NCBI GenBank assembly: GCA_951406725.2 | Contig: OX597817.1 | Coordinates: forward strand, 72,044,001 to 72,108,000 | Direction: 5' to 3' | Origin: Octopus vulgaris | Taxonomy: Eukaryota | Length of the DNA stretch: 64,000 bases | Shown here: one piece after another, positions 55,745-64,000 of the stretch | Layout: each line of letters opens with the position of its first letter | How positions within the stretch are numbered: position 1 is the stretch's first letter | Notes under the pieces: model-generated | What the model saw: the letters and a program-made list of their open reading frames with translations, nothing else | The model's database searches: none | Told to the model about the DNA's origin: nothing | Program-made: the position numbers and the translations under genes

Positions 55745-56170
55745 ATCTTACACCAGTGACACTATTCTTCCTTTCACGCTAACCTTCAACACCCAAGCGT
55801 CATCTTCATGCAATCTAGATCTTTATGCTAAACCTTCATGCTAAACTGACTCCATGAACAGAAACATCGAAAACATACTCCAACGAAATTATACAAATAT
55901 TGCCACCTTCAACAATACAAGGTCAAAGAAATTACACGTAAGAAAATATTATCGCAATATGTTTACATGTACCACATGCAACTAGAACCCTCAAAGTCAC
56001 TATAAGTATTTGGCCTTACTATCACTGAGGATCTCAACATGTAAACGCACATCACTAATGTAGCAGTGACTGTTTAAAAAGAGACAGACCTTCCTCCTCA
56101 CTTCCAGAAAATACTCCACCCTCCAACTACTACTAAGATTTACAATACAACTCCCAGCTATGGAGCGAGA
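55745..56170 (+). mobile_element. CR1/Jockey-group LINE RT C-terminal remnant
   Basis: Fragments SMNRNIENILQ, ATFNNTRS, GLTITEDLN, HITNVA and LLLRFT occur in the order of the CR1-type RT end (DL..I..W...FN..K...LG..I..DL.W..HI). Confidence 0.55.
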
Positions 56171-56477
56171 GAGTTCCTATGTGATTGCGCGACCAACGAG
56201 ATATAACGATCAAACATATACTTAATGTCATCCTACTACCGTGTGTGTGTGTTTTTTTCTTTTGTTCTTTTAGAAAAGACATTCCGGGGTGTGTAGCCCT
56301 TGAAACACCAGGTTAACACGAGAAGTGCTTATTCGGAGAACGCCTTTCGTCATAGGTCAGCTCGATCAGAAATGTCCTGAGACTAAAGAACAGCAACAAT
56401 AATGAAAACAGCAGATCGACTATGCGCGATAGGCTGCAGCTAAAGAACAACATTCTGATTACCACAAATAAGTGACA

Positions 56478-56988
56478 TCTATATATATATAACTGTAGTT
56501 GTGTGAGTGTCTGTCCCCTTCGATTTAGATTCCTAACTACTCCCACATTTTGCGGTGCAGTTTAACCAAATTCGGGTATCTTATAGTCGTGATTCATATC
56601 GAGCCCGTCTGAGTATTAGCGCGCGTCTACGATGAGTCTACGATTTTAAAAATAATTTAACATCATTTTTTATTCCATTTTAATGCATAATTTTCGTGTG
56701 TCGATGGCGGCGGAGTTGGCGTCCATGGTCACACCTGCACCTGTTTACTTCTCCCCTTCTTCCCTCCCTCGTGAAGCTGTGGGGAAGGGAGTGTAATGAA
56801 ATCAACGTCGTAAAGCGTTGTCAAGGAGACCAGCGTTCTTTTAGAACAACGACTTCATGGCTTGAAGACACCAAAACTGAAATGGCTAAGAAAGCCCGAA
56901 TTGGCATCTATAAGGGAAGTAACTCTCTAAAAATGCTTATATAGTTAATTCCCTTACAAATCCGAGCAACGCCGGGCGATACTGCTAG
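56478..56988 (+). mobile_element. Non-autonomous Helitron, 511 bp
   Basis: Starts with TC after an A (56477), ends with CTAG before a T (56989), and has a GC-rich subterminal hairpin TCCGAGCAACGCCGGG at 56961-56976; no TSD. Confidence 0.8.
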
Positions 56989-58049
56989 TCTTTAGATAAA
57001 AATATTATTTGCTCTTGCATTTCAGTTCATTTGGGATGGATGAAGACAAAGGGGTGTTCTATATTTTTCTTTTTGCCCATTACTTTAATTGTATTTTGAT
57101 GCGATGATCGCCTGATCGCTTTTTTTTTTTTTTTAGTATTCTTCAAAGGATTTTAGAAAGAACGTATGACCCGTGACATCAACTCCGAAAATAACATACA
57201 TTCAGTGACAGATTTCTTACCCACGTGAAGAACAATTCGTCTCTGCACTATTAATTGACATGTAGAAAATTGACATGTAGAAAGTAATAGCCAAAACTTT
57301 TTCAAAACATACCCAACTCTCTTGACAAATTGAAAGGGAAGATGTCAGTGTGCATTCCTTGACACATTTCGAAAAAATAAAAAAATAAAACGGTTGATCA
57401 TCAATGGAAGGCATTTTATTATAAGTCTGTTTCGGCCGAATTGACTTGAAGCTGAACTAAAACAACATGGTTTTCTCCTTTAACGAAGCTGTTCAACACA
57501 TGTCGTGTGAAAATATTGATTTCTAATATGGGCACAAGGCCACAAATGTTAAGGTAGAATTTCGTGTTTCAATACTGATTAGATTTATCAAGATTTTACT
57601 AAGGTCAGCAAGTTGACTAAGATCAAATTAGCCCTGAAGCATGTAAATCAATTTTGTGAAACGTATTCTGAATTTCTTGAAATTATCCAAATTAATTAGG
57701 ACTCTATGTGCATGTGTATACGATTGTGTGTGTATGCGTAATATATGTGTGTCAAAGAGAATGTGTAATTGTGTGTGTGTATCTGTGTATCTCTGCAAGT
57801 TAGTGTTTATGTATTTCGCAAACAGTTAAGGGAAATCGGAGAGAGGAGACGCAAAGGAAATGATCCATGAATTGCGTTGCATATGGGAGATATCGTAGAA
57901 TATGGAAGATAAGGAAATGTAGATCAGGGAAAGCATTTGTCGTAGAAAAATGCTTGCAAAATAAACATTAGGGGTCACATCCACATTTGTACTATAGTAA
58001 ATGTATACAAGATTTACCGAGTAAGTGTCTGTATGTATCTATCAATATC

Positions 58050-58330
58050 TTTTATCTTTTACTTGTTTCAGTCATTAGACTGTGAGCATGTTGGGGCGTT
58101 CCCTTGCAGAGATTTGGTTGAACAATTCAACCCTGGTGCTTGTTAATATTTTGCAGAGCCTGGCACTTATTCCATCAGTCTCATTTGCTGAACCGCTTCA
58201 TTACGAGGAAGCAAACAAACCAAAACCATCTGTCAAGCGGTGGTGAGGGGCAAATGCATAGCAAAGACACAAACATATACATACATACATACATACATAC
58301 ATACATACATACAAACTCACACAGAAACAC
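58050..58330 (-). mobile_element. SINE family A 3' half
   Basis: TCTTTTACTTGTTTCAGTCATTAGACTG is the reverse complement of the family A tail. Confidence 0.75.
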
Positions 58331-58344
58331 GCAGTGACACACAC

Positions 58345-58441
<97 letters not shown>

Positions 58442-58479
58442 TGTTTGTGTATGTGTGTGTTTGTGTATTGTGTCGCAGT

Positions 58480-58640
58480 GTTTGTGGGTCGATCAGTGGC
58501 CTCACTCAGCATTATAGGTCTCAACATTCAGATGGTCAGCCATTTTCTGCAAGGCTGATCTGTGATCGGTGTGGAATGACTCGTAGGTCTCATGCCGGCT
58601 TTACAAGCCACAAGAAACGTCAGTAGTGGAGAGGAAATAA
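58480..58640 (+). mobile_element. RTE LINE extreme 3' end (zinc-knuckle-like C-terminus)
   Basis: LICDRCGMTRRSHAGFTSHKKRQ* resembles the RTE terminal motif C..CG...S..GL.SH.R. Confidence 0.6.
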
Positions 58641-58720
58641 AAATGAGATGTTCCTTAGAATGAAATAGGTCTAAGGTGTGGTATTACTCGCTTACGAATC
58701 GACTTCCACCATATATATTT

Positions 58721-58815
<95 letters not shown>

Positions 58816-58974
58816 TTACTTAAGTCTCCGTCCTCTAATTTTTTTGTAGGCAAAACCTCTTGTTCTCTCTTCTACAAACGATTGATGTAGCATTTCCAGC
58901 GCCGAAATCGTGATGAATCTAGATAACTAAATGACTCACGAAACGGCTGTTAGTTCTCAGCCAGGTTCTTCTAT

Positions 58975-59365
<391 letters not shown>

Positions 59366-59639
59366 TATATAATGCATAAAATATGCATACATAACACAAC
59401 ATAGTCTCCTTCAAATGTTTCTATGTAGTTATTTTTATTATAATACACATTTAATAAGTTATTCTCCTCCTTTGATATATACTCTTTTGGCATAAACATC
59501 TATCCAATACTGTCTTTTATCTGTTATGGTAAGCACTGATAAGATACAGAGATATTTTTTTTTCTAATATTCTTTCACAAACATCCTATTAAATTCCCTT
59601 TTCCATAAACATTTCTATTTTCCATCCTTGCTCATCGTT

Positions 59640-59852
59640 TCTCTTTCTATCTCTCTCTCTCTATCTATCTCTCTATCTCTCTCTCTCTCTGCTAGCTCTC
59701 TCTCTCTCTCTCTCTCTGCTCTCTCTCTCTGCTCTCTCTCTGCTCTCTCTCTCTGCTCTCTCTCTCTGCTCTCTCTCTCTCTTCTCTCTCTCTCTCTATC
59801 TCTCTCTGCTCTCTCTCTACTCTCTCTCTCTCTGCTCTCTCTCTCATCTCTC
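59640..59852. repeat. Imperfect (CT)n tract
   Basis: Direct inspection. Confidence 0.95.
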
Positions 59853-60039
59853 ACCCCGCCCCGCTCTCTCTTTCCGTACTTTCTTTTGCTCTTGTTTTCT
59901 TCCTTCATTTTCTATATATCTTTTACTCATTTATTGCTTTGCTGATTTTGATCGTTCGTCTACGACAATGTTGTTTGTTTGACTACATCCTTGGAGTGGC
60001 TCATCGATAGAATCGACCCTAGTATTCATTTCATGTTTG

Positions 60040-60362
60040 ATACTTATTTTATCTTTTTTTTTGCCGAAGCGTTAAGCTGCAGTTTCGTAAACAACCAGCA
60101 CCGGTTGTTAAGCGGCAGGTGAAACAAACACAAACAAGAGGATGCACATAGGCGCATGCATACACGCATACACATAATGCACACACGTATACATACACAC
60201 ACAAACGTGCACGCATTTGTATGTATAAGCACTGAGCTTCTGCGTAGTTTCCATCTACGAAGTTCTCTTCTAAACTTTAAATGGCCGGGGGCAGTAACAG
60301 AATAGCTTTCTCGAAGTTCGGACTGAAAGTCGAAACACGGTCTCTTAATCATGCACCTACAC
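60040..60362 (-). mobile_element. Degenerate SINE family A-like copy
   Basis: TTTGCCGAAGCGTTAAG...ACCAGCACCGGTTGT...AGTTTCCATCTAC is colinear with reversed family A. Confidence 0.6.
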
Positions 60363-60402
60363 ATGAGCCCTAACAAGACTGACAGGATATCCCTTCTCTT
60401 TA

Positions 60403-60474
<72 letters not shown>

Positions 60475-60784
60475 CATCTATCTCATTATTTACTTAATCA
60501 TTTGTGACCCAAACCTATACTCTCTGTTCCTTCTTTATATGAAATTTGATTGTTCCATCATACGTCAATTTCCATACTTTGAAATATAACGTTAACGAGC
60601 TCAGCCCTAAAGTTTTGCTAATTTTCATATAACCTTTTTATAAATAAATAAATATCACATTTTGCTTCATAAGTTGATTGGATTGAAGCGCTGTTGTGAA
60701 ATAACTCGAAAACGAATATCTGTCAGCCTAGAATGCTTTCAGTAATTCCTTTAGTGTGCTGCTAGTACACTATATCACTTCCAA

Positions 60785-60876
<92 letters not shown>

Positions 60877-60888
60877 ATATATATATAT

Positions 60889-61183
60889 CACCGTGATCAC
60901 CATGACCGACCAGGCTATCAGATGTTGCTACATATCGCTGGTCACAATGCGCTTCACATTGTTTTAGCCTTCAAATGACGCCACCCCGCTAGCTAAGCGA
61001 GCAGGCCAACAGAAGAAAGAGTGAGAAAAAGTTGTGGCGAAAGGGTACAGCAGGGATCGCCACCACCCCCTGCCGGAGCATCGTGGAGCTTTAGGTATTT
61101 TCGCTCAATAAACACTCACAACGCTCGGTCTGGGAATCGAAACCGCGAGTCCGCTGCCCTAACGACTGGGCCATTGCGCCTCC
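60889..61183 (-). mobile_element. tRNA-derived SINE family C
   Basis: Minus-strand head GGAGGCGCAATGGCCCAGTCGTTAGGGC...GGTTTCGATTCCC with A and B boxes; flanked by (TA)n. Confidence 0.85.
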
Positions 61184-61658
61184 ATATATATATATATATA
61201 TACACATACACACACACACATGCATATATAATATGTCTGTGTGTATATATATATATACACAGAAGCACACACAAACACAAACACATACACAATTAGATAA
61301 TAAATCGTAAGATAAACACCTGTTAGCTTGCCGGTAACGCACGTTCACTAAATTAGTGTTCGCTGGGTATTTGATTAATGAGAGAAAACGGAAGATGCAA
61401 GATACGAGAATCTGTATCGATCACGACAATTGTTTTAACAAATCTAGTACCTGGTTCTGTGGTGGGGGACAGATAGAACAAACAGGATAAATAGAGCGCA
61501 CTACATGAGTATAAAGTTTAGTATTTGGCACACCACGAAACTCGTGGTCGTTGATTTATTTTTGTAAATTTCGGCTAGTTAAAATGTGTGTGTATGTGGA
61601 TGAGTGAGTGTGTGTATGTGTATGTGTGTGTGTGTTTGTGTGTGTGTATGTGTGTGTG

Positions 61659-61701
<43 letters not shown>

Positions 61702-62024
61702 GAATATATGCGAGTATATATATACGAATGCGTGAAGAAACGAAAAAAATGTAGCATTCATCATACTATCGCCGCATGACTTAATGTTTCGTGGATGCGT
61801 GGTATACCTCTTTACATCTGATGAGAAAAGTTTCTCTGAAGCGCGTACGAAACATTAAGTCAGGCGAAGCTGAATTAAACTATTATTAAATATTTTAATA
61901 TATATACACTATATATATATATATATATATATATTTAAATAATATAAATTAAATAATCTTATGTATTGGCTTAAGTTTTTCATTGTATGATTTGCCTAAT
62001 AGTGGTTTTATCTCTAATTTAATA

Positions 62025-62074
<50 letters not shown>

Positions 62075-62359
62075 TGTGTATGTATGCATTCATGTATGTA
62101 TGTATGGGACTATAACTGTTTGATAAAAGTCTTGCAATGCACTACACAATTATCTTCTAAGCACAATCCCTTAATGCTGAAACAGCCGCGAGGCACTGCT
62201 CCTTTGTCATTTATCAAGTAAATAATATAAATATATCTATATTTATGTATGCGTGTATGAAAATATATATATAAATATGTGTGTGTGTATGTACGTATGC
62301 ATACATATTTATAAATGTAAGTCTACAGTAGAAGATATATATAGAGAGAGATGTATGTA

Positions 62360-62601
<242 letters not shown>

Positions 62602-62865
62602 CAACTAAAGAGACGGATAAAGAAGAGGCGAGAGAGTGCATGAGTCAGAGTAAGACGGAGAACTGACTATAAGAGAGACGTACAAAGAGATAGACAGTTG
62701 TAATGTCAACTTGGAACACAAACGGGGAAGCAGACTAACTTCGTGAATCTTAGAGATTGGTCGCTGAAACAGGATCTTGGAAAGCAATTAACAACTTGAT
62801 GAAGTACATGATAGAAGTAGATTGCTAGATACAGATAGTTGGTGAGTGAAGAAGAGGAATAGTGA

Positions 62866-62913
<48 letters not shown>

Positions 62914-63215
62914 TTGAAGGCGGAGAAGGCAGAAGAAAGAAATAATATATTTATGCGTAAGTAGCGAGATTAATCAACGTTGCTTCATTTTATAGGAATC
63001 ATCTGAAAGATTTAAATAGCATTTAAATTCTCTTCGAAAACATATTCCACTATCGAAAATACCAGTTGCTAAGGTATAAAACTGCGACTTCCAGCTTAAA
63101 ACATGCATTCATCTTTTATGTATACATATATACAACGCATGCAATCATACATACATACATGCATGCATACATACATACATACGTACATACATACATACAT
63201 ACATACATACATACA

Positions 63216-63249
<34 letters not shown>

Positions 63250-63287
63250 CATACATATTAGTTTGATCGAGTCAGTCTGTAGACACT

Positions 63288-63371
63288 CTGGGTTTCACCT
63301 GTAGTTACACAAGATCATCAGGCTAGCTGATACTTATCTGATGATCTTATGTACCTACAGTTGAAACTCAG
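63288..63371. repeat. Inverted repeat (34-bp arms, 30/34 match); each arm starts with CTGATGA and contains GAAAC
   Basis: 63288-63321 versus 63338-63371. Confidence 0.85.
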
Positions 63372-63465
63372 TGTAGTACGAAACTAACCTGACCAAAATA
63401 AAATATCATTCATCAGTACCATGGTATTGAGTACTCTTTTTATGGCAGTAGATTACTAAACTCAT

Positions 63466-63504
<39 letters not shown>

Positions 63505-63612
63505 TCTGTGTGTCTGAATCTGTGTGTGTGTGTGTCTGTGTATGTGTATCTGTGTCTGTGTCTGTGTGCGTGTGTGTGCGTGTGTGTGCGTGTGCATGTG
63601 TGTCACTTTAAT

Positions 63613-63980
63613 AGGTGCAGGCGTGGCTGTGTAGCGAAGAAGCTCGCTTTGTAACCATTAGGGTAAATGTTTTATATATAGAATCCGCCAGGCCCACCAA
63701 GGCCTTATGTGTGAGTGAGTTTGTGTGTGTGTGTGTGAGCGTACGTTTATGTTTGTATGTGTGTGTGTCTGCATCTCTGTCCCACTACCACCACCACTTG
63801 ACTACCGATAGTGGTTTGTTTACGTCACCTTTACGTAATATTAGTGGTTTGGCTATAGGAACCGATAGAAGTACCAGATTTTAAAATAATTACTTTGATT
63901 GTCCAACTAAAAACATTTTAAAGGTGGTGCTCCAGCATGGCGGCAGTCTAATGATTTAAACAACTAGCAATATAAAAGAC
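63613..63980 (+). mobile_element. Degenerate SINE family A copy
   Basis: GGTGCAGGCGTGGCTGTGT head, internal (TG)n, tail AAAGGTGGTGCTCCAGCATGGC. Confidence 0.8.
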
Positions 63981-64000
63981 AGTTCGTGCTTATCAGCAAG

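Overview
AT-rich eukaryotic intergenic or intronic DNA, saturated with microsatellites ((TA)n, (TG)n, (GATA)n, (TAA)n, (CAT)n, (CTT)n) and decayed transposons. The repeat landscape resembles an octopus (cephalopod) genome; this is recall, not a database result. No intact host gene is supported, and nearly all listed ORFs are microsatellite read-throughs. Recognisable elements are at least three tRNA-derived SINE families, LINE remnants (RTE, Tx1/L1, R4/Dong, CR1-like), Penelope-like (PLE) GIY-YIG remnants, DNA transposons (Tc1/mariner, Tigger/pogo, hAT), a non-autonomous Helitron and a 1-kb perfect palindrome. The main hidden signal is about a dozen minimal type-I hammerhead ribozyme (HHR) motifs in several unrelated short repeat families. 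They share a stem I / YYGANRA / stem II / GAAA / mostly palindromic stem III / UH / stem I layout, usually sit next to (TA)n tracts, and often lie in fold-back insertions whose arms always read outward. The best example (21079-21566) joins a tRNA-like Pol III head to an HHR-bearing PLE-type tail, with a 13-bp target duplication and a 34-nt unpaired tail. It is a candidate ribozyme-bearing SINE mobilised by Penelope-like elements. All coordinates and alignments were read by eye.
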